DNA of 64,000 nucleotides from the human T2T-CHM13v2.0 reference genome, Homo sapiens. The stretch lies in the NCBI RefSeq assembly GCF_009914755.1, contig NC_060929.1; one strand, 5' to 3'. Of this stretch, positions 11,201 through 26,355 are shown one piece after another (the stretch's first letter is position 1; each line of letters begins with the position of its first letter). The notes beneath the pieces were generated by a model that searched no databases, had not been told where the DNA came from, and saw only the letters and a program-made list of their open reading frames with translations. A program made the position numbers and the translations under genes.

Positions 11201-13940
11201 AATTCCTGGACAATACACCCTCCCAAGACTAAACCAGGAAGAAGTTGAATCTCTGAATAGACCAATACCAATAACAGGCTCTGAAATTGAGGCAATAATT
11301 AATAGCCTACCAACCAAAAGAAGTCCAGGACCAGATGGATTCACAGCCGAATTCTACCAGAGGCACAAAGAGGAGCTGGTACTATTCCTTCTGAAACTAG
11401 TCCAATCGATAGAAAAAGAGGGAATCCTCTCTAACTCATTTTATGAGCCCAGAAACATCCTGATACTAAAGCCTGGCAGAGACACAACAACAAAAAAAGA
11501 GAATTTTAGACCAATATCCCTAATGAACATTGATACGAAAATCCTCAATAAAATACTGGGATACCAAATCCAGCAGCACATCAAAAAGCTTATCTACCAC
11601 GATCAAGTCGGCGTCATCTCTGGGATGCAAGGCTGGTTCAACATATGCAAATCAATAAATGTAACCATCAGATAAACAGAACCAACAACAAAAACCACAT
11701 GATTATCTCAATAGATGCAGAAAAGGCCTTCAACAAAATTCTACATCCCTTCATGCTAAAAACTCTCAATAAACTAGGTATTGATGGAATGTACCTCAAT
11801 ATAATAAGAGCTATTTATGACAAACCCACAGCCAATATCATACTGAATGGGCAAAAACTGGAAGCATTCCCTTTGAAAACCTGCACAAAACAAGGATGCC
11901 CTCTCTCTCATCACTCCTATTAAACATAGTGTTAGAAGTTCTGGACAGGGCAATCAGGCAAAAGAAAGAAATAAAGCATATTCAATTAGGAAAAGAGGAA
12001 GACAAATTGTCCCTGTTTGCAGATGACATGATTGTATGTTTAGAAAACCCCATGTCTCAGCCCAAACTCTCCTTAAGCTGATAAGCAACTTCAGCAAAGT
12101 CTGAGGATAAAAAATCAATGTGCAAAAATCACAAGCATTCCTATACTCCATTAACAGACAATCAGAGAGCCAAATCATGAGTGAACTCACATTCACAATT
12201 GCTACAAAGAGAATAAAATACCTAGGAATCCAACTTACAAGGGATGTGAAGGACCTCTTCAAGGAGAACTACAAACCACTGCTCAACAAGATAAAAGAAG
12301 ACAAAAACAAATGGAAGAACATTCCATGCTCATGGGCAGGAAGAATCAATATAGTGAAAATGGCCATACTGCCCAAGGTAATTTATAGATTCAACGCCAT
12401 CCCCATCAAGCTACCAATGACTTTCTTCACAGAATTGGAAAAAACAACTTTAAAGTTCATAGGGAACCAAAAAAGAGCCCACATTGCCAAGACAATCCTA
12501 AGCAAAAAGAACAAAGCTGGAGGCATCACGCTACCTGACTTCAAACTATACTACAAGGCTACAGTAACCAAAACAGCATGGTACTGGTACCAAAACAGAT
12601 ATATAGACCAATGGAACAGAACAGAGGCCTCAGAAATAACACCACACATCTACAACCTTCTGATCTTTGACAAACCTGACAGAAACAAGCAATGGGAAAA
12701 GGATTCCCTATTTAATAAATGGTGCTGGGAAAACTGGCTAGCAACAGGTAGAAAGATGAAACTTGATCCCTTCCTTATACCTTTCACAAAAATTAACTCA
12801 AGATGGATTAAAGACTTAAATGTAAGAAATAAAACCATAAAAGCCCTAGAAGAAAACCTAGGCTATACCATTCAGGATGTAGGCATGGGCAAGGACCTCA
12901 TGACTAAAACACCAAAAGCAATGGCAACAAAAGCCAAAATTGACAAATGGGATCTAATTAAATTAAAGAGCTTCTGCACAGCAAAAGAAAGTATCATCAG
13001 AGTGGACAGGCAACCTACAGAATGGGAGAAAATGTTTGCAATCTATCCATCTGACAAAGGGCTAATATCCAGAATCTACAAAGGACACAAAGAAATTTAC
13101 AAGAAAAAAACAAACAACCTCATCAAAAAGTAGGTGAAGGATATGAACAGACACTTCTCAAAAGAAGACTTTATACAGCCAACAGACACATGAAAAAATG
13201 CTCATCATCACTGGTCATCAGAGAAATACAAATCAAAACCACAATGAGATACTATTGCACACCAGTTAGAATGGCGATCATTAAAAAGTCAGGAAACAAC
13301 AGATGCTGGAGAGGATGTGTAGAAATAGAAATGCTCTTACACTGTTGGTGGGACTGTAAACTAGTTCAACCATTGTGGAAGACAGTGTGGCAATTCCTCA
13401 AGGATCTAGAACTAGAAATACCATTTGACCCAGCAATCCCATTACTGGGTATATACCCAAAGGATTATAAATCATGCTACTATAAAGACACATGCACATG
13501 TATGTTTATTGCAGCACTATTCGCAATGGCAAACACTTGGAACCAACCCAAATGTCTATCAATGACAGACTGGATTAAGAAAATGTGGCACATATACACC
13601 ATGGGATACTATGCGGCCATAAAAAAAGATGAGTTCATATCCTTTGCAGGGACATGGATGAAGGTGGAAACCATCACTCTCAGCAAACTATCACAAGGAC
13701 AGAAAACCAACACCACATGTTCTCACTCATAGGTGGGAATTGAACAATGAGAACACCTGGACACAGGGTGGGGAACATCCCACACCAGGGCCTGTTGGGG
13801 GGTGGGCGCTGGGGGAGGGATGGCACTAGGAGAAATACCTAATGTAAATAACGAATTCATGGGTGCAGCAAACAAACATGGCACATGTATACCAATGTAT
13901 CAAACCTGCACATTGTGCACATGTACACTAGAACTTAAAG

Positions 13941-13942
13941 TG

Positions 13943-13986
<44 letters not shown>

Positions 13987-14003
13987 TACACACACACATA
14001 CAT
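13941..14003. repeat. (TA)n(CA)n microsatellite replacing the L1 poly-A tail
   Basis: Direct read; immediately follows GAACTTAAAG. Confidence 0.95.
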
Positions 14004-16622
<2,619 letters not shown>

Positions 16623-16629
16623 AGAGGGA

Positions 16630-17290
16630 AAATGGACACCTACCTCACACTAAATACAAACATTAATTCAAAATGTGTCATAGACTTAAAGGTAAGCTCT
16701 AAAACGATAAAACACTTAGAAGAAAACATAGAAATCTTTGTGACCTTGAGTAAGGCAATTGTTTCTTAGAGATGACACCAAAATTACATGTAACAGAGAC
16801 AACAGTAAATAGAAAACATCAAGATTTAAAACATTTGTGCTTCGAAGTCACCATCAAGAAAACGAAAGGACAAACTACAGAACCAAAGAAAACATTTACA
16901 ATTTACTTATCTGTTATACAGGTGCTTTATATACCGATATACATATACTTGTATAAAGGACTATTACAACTCAAAAATAAAAAGACATCTCAATTAAAAA
17001 TGGGTAAAGGATTTAAATTCACATTTCCTTCAAATAACATATACAAATGTCCAATAAGCACTTATTGGACATTTGAAAAGATGCTCAATATCATTAATCA
17101 TTAGGAAAATGCAAATAAACAATGAGATACAACTTCACACCCACTAGGATGGTTATAATCAAAAACAAAAACAGCAAGTGTTGGTGAGGATGTGGCAAAA
17201 CTAAAATTCTCATATGATGCTAGAGGGATTGTAAATAGTGTACCTACTTTGGAAACTATATTGGCATTTCTTAGTAGAGTCATTCATATG
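16630..17290 (+). mobile_element. Older L1M ORF2 3' remnant (host of the L1PA insertion)
   Basis: CCTACCTCACAC…AATTCAAAATG…TAGACTTAAA continues the L1 sequence interrupted at ~7810 (CAAATGATGCTGGAACAGCTAGATATC). Confidence 0.75.
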
Positions 17291-17291
17291 A

Positions 17292-18521
17292 TGCCATTTG
17301 AAATTGGAATACATTCTTAAATGTGATTATGTTACACATCATTTTAATGGGCATCTCTCGCTTCATTTTATTTTTATTTTTTTGCTAACGACTTATTACT
17401 TGCTGTTTATTATATGTTTATTTTAATCTATGGAAATGACATTAGACAAAAAGTAAATTCGAGTGATTTTCTTATTTGAGTTCAAAATGGGTCATAAAGC
17501 AGCGGAGACAACTCGCAACATCAACGACTCATTGGCCCAGGAACTGCTAACGAAGGTACAGTGCAGTGGTGGTTCAAGAAGTTTTGCAAAGGAGACAGAG
17601 CCTTGAAGATGAGGAGCATAGTGATCGGCCATCGGAAGTTGATAAGACCAATTAAGAGCATTCATCAAAGCTGATCCTCTTGCAGCTACAGGAGAAGTTG
17701 CCAAAGAACTCATCGTTGACCATTCTATGGTTGTTCAGCATTTGAAGCAAATCGGAAAGGTAAAAAAGCTCATTAACTGGGTGTCTCATGAGCTGAGCGA
17801 AAATCTTTCAAAAAAGTGTTGTTTTAAAGTGTCATCTTCTATTATTCTATGCACAAACAAGGAACCATTTCTTGATTGGATTGTGATGTACAACTAAAAG
17901 CGGATTCTATTTGACAATCAGCAATGACCAGCTCAGTGGCTGAACCAAGAAGAAGCCCCAAAGCACTTCTCAAAGCCTAAGTTGCACCAAAGAAAGTACT
18001 GGTCATTGTTCAGCGGTCCCACTGCCGGTCTGATCCACTACAGCTTTCTGACTCCCAGAGAAACCATTACATCTGAGAAGTACGCTCTGCAAATCGATGA
18101 GATGTCCCAAAAACTGCAACGCGTGCAGCCAGCATTGGTCAACAGAAAGGGCCCAATTCTTCATGATAACACCTGACTGCAGGTCACACAACTAAGGCCT
18201 CAAAAGTTAAATGAATTGAGCTACAAAGTTTTGCCTCATCTATCATATTCACCTGACCCTTTGCCAAGCGACTACCACTCTCAATAACTTTTTGCAGGGA
18301 AAACACTTCCACAACCAGCAGGATGCAGAAAATGCTTTGCAAGAGTTTGTCAAATCCCAAAGCACATATTTTTATGCTACAGGAAAAAACAAACTTATTT
18401 CTCATTGGCAAAAATGTGTTCATTGTAATAGTTCCTTTTTTGGTTAATAAAGATGTGTTTGAGCCTAGGTATAATGATTTAAAATTCATGGTCTGAAATC
18501 AGAATTACTTCTTCACCAACC
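17292..18521 (+). mobile_element. Hsmar1 mariner DNA transposon, transposase pseudogene; left TIR missing
   Basis: ATG at 17430 gives MEMTLDKK*IRVIFLFEFKMGHKAAETTRNIN…, later GLIHYSFL…ETITSEKYA…LVNRKGPI; degenerate right TIR AATTACTTCTTCACCAACC at the end; stops and frameshifts present. Confidence 0.95.
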
Positions 18522-18566
18522 ATGCATGCCACAGGCTTTAAAGAGATGTTAAAAAGCCTTTAGTCT

Positions 18567-19760
<1,194 letters not shown>

Positions 19761-20881
19761 TTTACAGAAAAGTTTGTAGTGTTTCATAAAAGTACTTTTC
19801 TTTTTTTTGAAAACAATGCTTCCCAGTATCAGTTGTCTCTCCATACTCACCCTCCCCTGTTACCAGATGACAGGAGCATGAGCTTTGTACTTCTGGGGCT
19901 ACCTTGGAGACTTAAAGGGCTCCAATTATGATTGAGAGCATATTTCCTGTCTACCTTAAAGGAACAGAACCTCGTAGTTGAAACTAGATTTATTGAAGTA
20001 ACATTTTTAAAACATTTCTTACAGAATTGCATTACGAACTTTATGCCTCCTATACATGCATGTCAAGGAAGTCAGGGAGAAATAAAAAGCACACAGAAAG
20101 AATATGCCAGGTTTAGCAGCTTATCATTGAGAAAAAGCTGAAAACCATAACAAACTGAGCATCAGGGAAATAATAAATCATGGTACAATCATATATTTTA
20201 TTCAGTAATTAAAAATCATGTTTTCTGACTGCATGGATGACATAGAACAGTAGCAAATCTTGCAATTTTTTATAAAAAACTAACTGGAAAACATGATGCA
20301 AAATTAAAACAGCACCATTTTTTGAATCATGTAAAAATGTCAATGGGGGTGGAAAGGCAAGAAACATCTCTCACTCAGCGTTTTTCTCTCCTTTTTCTCT
20401 GTACCGTTACATACTTTCCCAAACTTTCAAAGTGTGCACATATATTCCTATTCAATTTAGAAATAAATCTATTAAAGACACATTAAAATGGAAAAGAGCA
20501 ATGCACCTCTTCTCTAACGTAAAAACAAATTGTAGTTTACCAAAGGCACTTTTCTCTGTCTTAGAACTTAACTAATGCTTTCCATTCTGTTTTGACACAC
20601 GCTGAGTCTGCTTAAAGTTTTAATCTTGATAAAAAATAAGATATTCTGCTTATTTAGACATTAGAATGCACAGCCTGTGGCATCACTCCCTGTTCTGTTG
20701 AAGAGAATCATGCTCTGGTCTGATCATTATAAAGTCTCTCACCAGGCTACCCAGCTGGACTCTGGCAGCCTGGCAAGCAGGTACTTCAGTATTAAGAAAT
20801 CAGCACTTGGAAATGTTAGGATGTTATATTTGTAAAGAAGAAGAAAATGCATACTAAAGAATCAAATGAAGAATGGGTTGT

Positions 20882-21181
20882 GGACGAGCACGGTGGCTCA
20901 CACCTGTAATCTCAGCATTTTGGGGGCCAAGATGGGCAGATCACCTGAGGTCAGCAGTTCAAGACTGGCCTGGCCAACATGGCAAAATCCCAACTCTACC
21001 AAAAATACAAAAATTAGCTGAGCGTGGTGGCACACACCTGTAATCCTAGGTACTCGGGGCTGAGGCAGGAGAATCACTCGAACCCGGGAGGCAGAGGTTG
21101 CATAGTGAGCCGAGATCCATACCACTGCACTCCAGCCTAGCCGATAGAGTAAGACTCTACCTCAAAAAAAAAATAAAAAAA
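20882..21181 (+). mobile_element. Alu (AluS-like)
   Basis: Alu dimer with A-tail; TSD-like AAGAAT..GTTGT. Confidence 0.95.
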
Positions 21182-21266
21182 GAATTAGTTGTGTTTCTTC
21201 CCCTCAGCTATCCTCTTAGGAGGAAAGAGGAAGAAAGAAAAGAAAAATAGAGGAAGAGACAAGGAG

Positions 21267-21269
<3 letters not shown>

Positions 21270-21313
<44 letters not shown>
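21270..21313. repeat. (GA)n microsatellite
   Basis: About 22 uninterrupted GA units. Confidence 0.97.
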
Positions 21314-21316
<3 letters not shown>

Positions 21317-21416
21317 TGGAAAGAGCAGACCAGATCAGCTACCATAATTCAAATGCTCCCCCAAAATCATTTGCTACATTTGTAATACAGAAGCAGCAGC
21401 ACACTTCAGTGCAAAG

Positions 21417-21602
21417 ACACTTCATTTAAAATTAATAAGAGAATGAAGACATCATATGGAAGTTAAGAAATGAATTTTAAGTCAGTTTCAATCAGGGTGT
21501 TTGTGATAGGGAGGGTCAATATCTTGAGTCTGTTTCCTCATGTGCAAAATGAAACTATAATAATCACAAAGTGAACATCAACTGTTCCTGGTCTATCCAG
21601 CA
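21417..21602 (+). repeat. Donor copy of the segment duplicated at 19215-19397 (contains a MIR-like fragment)
   Basis: Same sequence as 19215-19397; MIR-like GTCTGTTTCCTCATGTGCAAAATG inside. Confidence 0.95.
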
Positions 21603-21917
21603 TTACTGACTTGGGAATCATCTCTTCCCTAGTCTCTGTGGCTCTGGAAAAGCTGCCAGCCATAGACTTGTGCATGGGTACAAAGCCTTGCTACTGTCAG
21701 TACCCATTCTCCTGGCCACCATGATTAATACAGGGGCAGACAGTTATGCCAAGGCTGGCTAACTAGAGTCTTTCCATGGGATTTTTCAGCTTGGAGCTGC
21801 AGGAAAAGGGCCTTTGCCTTTGGGTCATATGGCTGAAAATAAGGTGCCATCATCCTAGTCACAAAGAGAAAGACTTGCTGCAGTAGAAAAAAATAAGGAT
21901 TGTCAAGTAACTCTTTG

Positions 21918-22410
21918 AAAAAAAAAAAAAAAAAAAAAAACAATAATGAAGACAAAGCACATATAGAAGTATAGAAGGGGAGTGTTTGAGAAAGACTGAG
22001 TGAAGAGAGAAAGGAGGCCCTGGGCAGGGCCAGGAGCCTCAGGCAACAAGCAAGCGAACAGGGGACAATAGGAGCAAGACTTCTAATAGTAGGGGGATAA
22101 CTAGCAAGTAGGATGAAGTGCAAGAGCTGGAGCAAGCGCAAACTGTGGAGAGAAGATGAAAGAGGGAAGGAAAGTACAAAAGGGAATAAAAGGTTGCAAG
22201 CCAAAGAGATGGGAAAGATAATCAGGAAGATATTCGATTAAGGGAAAAGGAGTGGGTGAGGGAGAAAGGAAAGAGGGATTGAGGGATTGCAGGTTGTGGA
22301 AAACGGGAAGAAAAGAGAGACAGCAAGGAACAGAAGCAGACAGCCTGAGAGATAGAAAAGAAGGAAAGAAACGAACAGGGAGACTGAGGAAGTAGAGAAT
22401 GAGCTCAAAA
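21918..22410. repeat. Purine-rich low-complexity tract
   Basis: A-run followed by ~450 bp strongly G/A-biased on the + strand. Confidence 0.7.
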
Positions 22411-23103
22411 ATCTTCCATACATTCTCATTGCATACAAAAATGACTTGGAACTCTTTTCTGGCATTCCAAGTATGTAAAACTTTGATCTATATCTAACTT
22501 TTCAGCCTCATTTGTCACTATTCATACTAGCACATGCCTACTTGAGTTTTCGAGATGCATTCCTGCTTTTTCTACTTCATTGCCCCGACTCATGCTATTG
22601 TATCCTCAGTCTAGATTGTTCTCCCTGACTTCATTCCCCTTTGGACATATTGGCCAAACTTCAGTGCAAAGTTTAAACATACCACCTCCAAGAAGGCTTC
22701 TGAAATGTCCTGGTTGGAATTAATTTCTTCTCTCAAACTACCTGTTAATATTACTTTATTATGGCACTTATTTGCCTCATACATCTCTCTTAGTTTGTGA
22801 GGATTTGGAGAACAAGAGCTGTGCCTTTTTTTTTTTTTTTTTTTTTTTCTTGAGCTCCTTTGACTGAAGTTCTAAGTTCTTTACAATAGAAGTCACCTAA
22901 TACATGCTGGACTTAAATACTAGCCAAGTAGCTATTGACATTGTCAAATACTGACTATTCTAATATATCATCCAAACAACTTATAGGACAAAGCTGAGTT
23001 TCTTCTTACTAGGGAAGGAAGAACACCACCTTAACAGAGTGGTGTTATATTATTAATAATACAATATTATTTATAATATTTATTTTCTTGGGCAAGCATT
23101 TCC

Positions 23104-23783
23104 TGTGTGGGGGTCATTGGGTCTTGGCCCCCTAAAGGTTCACTGAAAATTCACTGGCATGAGGTTGATTAATAGGAGAAAAGACATAACATGTTTATTT
23201 AATATATATACATGGTGGCCTTCAGAATGAAGACCCAATTTTCCAATGAGTTACAGAAACTTATATACCACCCTGAGACCACAGTAAAGAGTTTACACTC
23301 AGAGCAAGGCCTGAAACACGTTTAGTGGCAAGACAGGTTAGGACACAGACAAAGGGAAAGGCTTGGCTAGCAAAGGTGGCCTTGTTATGTAGATAAAGCC
23401 TCCCCTGGAAAGGGGAGGGGGCACAGAGATTCTCTACAGATACACATTTTCCCCAGTTTCAACAGCTTGGGTGTGGCTGGGGGCAGTAGGGGGGTGGTGG
23501 CAGCAGGGGCAGGAAGAGCATCAGGATAAATAGCTAGTACATGTGGGACTTAATACCTAGGTGATGGGTTGATGGGTGCAGCAAACCACCATGGCACATG
23601 TTTACCTATGGAACAAACTTGCATGTCCTGCACATGTATCCCAGAACTTAAAATACAATTAAAAAAAAAAAAAAAAAAAAAGACAACTTTGCAAGGCCAC
23701 TTCTGTTTGCTGGCCAAGTGGCAGCCATGTCAAAATATGTCAAAGAAATACATTTGTGGGCTAAAATATTTTAATTGCCTTCA
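23104..23783 (-). mobile_element. ERV1 solo LTR (MER34/MER4-group-like) with nested L1PA 3' fragment
   Basis: Reverse strand begins TGAAGGCAATTAAAATATTTTAGCCC…TTTGACATATTTTGACATGGCTGCC; AATAAA near the other end; subfamily tentative. Confidence 0.7.
23470..23681 (+). mobile_element. 5'-truncated L1PA 3' end with poly-A
   Basis: GGGTGCAGCAAACCACCATGGCACATG…CCAGAACTTAAAAT followed by A21. Confidence 0.88.
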
Positions 23784-24574
23784 CTTGGAAGAGTAAATTC
23801 ATAATGATGAAGACGGTAGAATAATAAAGTTACAATAATGTGAAGAGTAGTAATCTGTGTGTGGCGTGGGGGGATGGCTTATTTCTTGACATCAATAAAA
23901 ATGTGCCAGCCATCAAGTTAAGAGCATTATAAAAGTGGATTTTAGAAGAAAATGAGAGGTAAAACACTCCAAAACTTCTTTTTTGCTTCATCATCCTGTG
24001 TTTTGCATTAGTCAATTGCCTTATTCTTTTAAATGGAACAAAAACAAGTAGAGCAGCATCCTGTGATTTAAACATACCCATATAGACCCTACTAGGCAAT
24101 TTAAATCCACCGGTCTTTAGAATGTCAAAGATGTCCCCAAGGTTCTGGAATGTTGGAGAGGAACAAGAGAAAAGGATGAAGTATGGGGACTCCTGAGTAT
24201 GCCAGGGATGCTAAATAAGCTTATTTTGCCTACCAATATTGAGTTCCTAGAGGGCTATTTTGAAAGGATTCTGAGGCCATGTCTGGACTTTGCAGAAAAG
24301 AGCAGTATGATGTCTGAAGTCTGCAAACTGCATGGGAAGGGTGGAATTTGCCCTTTCTGAGTTATTGAGTTGTGGAAAGACTATACTCATTGTTTAATTC
24401 CATTCAGACACCTTGTTTGCTTTCGTTTTCTCATTCTTCCTGGTAGAGCCACATCAATCCCAAGTAGCTACTGTGTCTTTATTGCCAAAACCTCTGAGTG
24501 GAGCCTCTGGAGGGTTCCATGAAAATACTGGTATTCTTTCAGAGATTCTTACAGTCATGTAGCATTCTTTTCTG

Positions 24575-24606
<32 letters not shown>

Positions 24607-24763
24607 TTAATAAAGACAGCATCTCACTTTTGTTTGTATGTTTTATAGAGACAGGGTCTCATCATGTTGCCTAGGCTGGTCTCAAACTCCTGGGCTCAAA
24701 TGATCCTCCTGCCTCAGCCTCCCAAAGTACTGGGATTACAGGCATGAGCTATAGTGCCCAGGC
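24575..24763 (-). mobile_element. Alu left-monomer/FLAM-like fragment
   Basis: Antisense CCTGCCTCAGCCTCCCAAAGTACTGGGATTACAGGCATGAG with T-rich tail. Confidence 0.85.
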
Positions 24764-24978
24764 TCACGTAGCATTCTTAAATGACAGCTAGAATAGACTC
24801 GGCTGAGGGAACTGAGGTAAATATTAGGAATATTGATTGAGATACAGAAGTAAATATAGTATCTCCATGCCCCTTGACCACTGATTGACCTTACATTTGG
24901 GATGTGACCCAAACTAGTCAAGAGAATCCTTCTTTAGGATTTTGTAATTTGAAGCTAGAGAAAGAAACTGTCTCTTTT

Positions 24979-25181
24979 GGGATAGCATTAGGAGACATAC
25001 CTAATGTTAAATGATGAGTTAATGGGTGCAGCACACCAACATGGCACATGTATCCATACGTAACTAACCTGCACATTGTGCACATGTACCCTCAAACTTA
25101 AAGTATAATAAAAATAAAAATAAATAAATAAATAAAAATAAATAAAACAGTGTTCTGGGCCATATGAATAAAAAAAAAAAA
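24979..25181 (+). mobile_element. Very short L1PA 3' end with 3' transduction and two A-tails
   Basis: L1 3' terminus 24979-25108, A-rich tail, non-L1 CAGTGTTCTGGGCCATATG, second poly-A; 20-bp TSD AGAAAGAAACTGTCTCTTTT at 24959-24978 and 25182-25201. Confidence 0.92.
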
Positions 25182-25742
25182 AGAAAGAAACTGTCTCTTT
25201 TGTTTCTTGGGTTCCTAAATCGGCTTGGGTAAAGCCTAAAACTGTTGCAGCAGTGCCACTGTCCATACCTTTCTCTGTACCTGATGCAAGAATGAATCTA
25301 ATCTGAAGAAGCAAAAACCGGGGCTAGCCCATATAGAGAAACATTGCACAGAAAGCAAGAGTAAGAGGGCAGGTGACTTTATGAATTTTGAGGATTGCCC
25401 TACTCACAGACTTTTCAGTTATGTGAACCAATAAATTCCTTTCGCTGAAGCCAGTGTCTGTCATTTCAAATTCAAAAAAAATCTAATTTCCTTAGGACAA
25501 TACCTAATGATCAGTCTCAAATTCTAGAGACAGGCCTAACTTTGATGTTCTTCAGGAATCCTCATCTCTTCGGCAGCCTCCCACCCACTGCCATAGATTT
25601 CATAAGCTAGAAACAAAGTTTTCCATTTTACATTAGAAATGGATTTCATACCAGTCATCTGTATCTTTTGTACTGCATGGAGCCCAGATTAAAACTCACA
25701 TAAATTCACAGGAGACCAAATATACCTGTTAGTGATGACTGC

Positions 25743-26355
25743 TGTACATCAAAGAAAATGACTGAGGCAAATCTCCATCATTGTGGAGGTTTATTTTGCC
25801 AAGGTTGAGGATGTGCCTGGGAAAAAGACACAAGCCACAGTAGAATCTGTAGCCTGTTCTTTTTCCAGAGAGGATTTTGAAGACTTCAATATTTAAAGGG
25901 GAAAAGCAAGCAGGAGGGGAAAGCGGAAAGAAAAAAAGGGGGAAGGCTATAGTCACATTCTTGTGAGGCTTTGATTTGGCTTACTTAGCCCATATGTTGC
26001 ACATGAAAAGGAGGGGGTAGAAGAAACAATTATGTATTCATCTCATACTCAGTAAGTCTGAATTTTTACATAAGATAAACAGTAGAGGATGCAGTCAAAT
26101 ACGTATTCATCTTGGGACGGGAGGGACAATTTCTAGTCTCCCCTTGTTCCATATTTGTGAAGACAAGCTGTTCATTTACATTGTCAGTGTGAGGGGGGCC
26201 CCCTGTGGAGACACGTGGCCTTCTATCTGTAGCTATCAGTTTAGGAACAAAAGGAATGGCAGGTTTTTGGGTATTTTTGTGACTCAGCTTCCAAGCTTAA
26301 CTTTTCCCTTTGGCATAGTGAATTTAGGGTCCTGATATTTTATTTTCCTTTCACA
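25743..26355 (-). mobile_element. ERV1 solo LTR (MER4 family-like)
   Basis: Reverse strand starts TGTGAAAGGAAAATAAAATATCAGGACCCTAAATTCACTATGCCAAAGGGAAAAG; AATAAA near the distal end. Confidence 0.8.

Larger units (their letters stand above)
7819..13940 (+). mobile_element. Full-length LINE-1 (L1PA7/L1PA8-like), coding-disabled
   Basis: 5'UTR start CAAGATGGCCGAATAG; ORF1 from 8846 (MGRNHRRKAENSK…), ORF2 from 9928 (MTGSNSHITIL…, LFADDM, C-terminal CWRGC…HCWWDC); multiple stops and frameshifts; inserted in an older L1 that resumes at ~16630. Confidence 0.97.

Noticed and set aside
12120-13133. 337-aa ORF, the longest in the window
   Set aside because: Fragment of L1 ORF2 between frameshifts; the element cannot encode intact ORF1p or ORF2p.
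21725-22204. 159-aa Leu/Ser/Phe-rich ORF resembling a membrane protein
   Set aside because: Translation of the pyrimidine-rich strand of a low-complexity tract.
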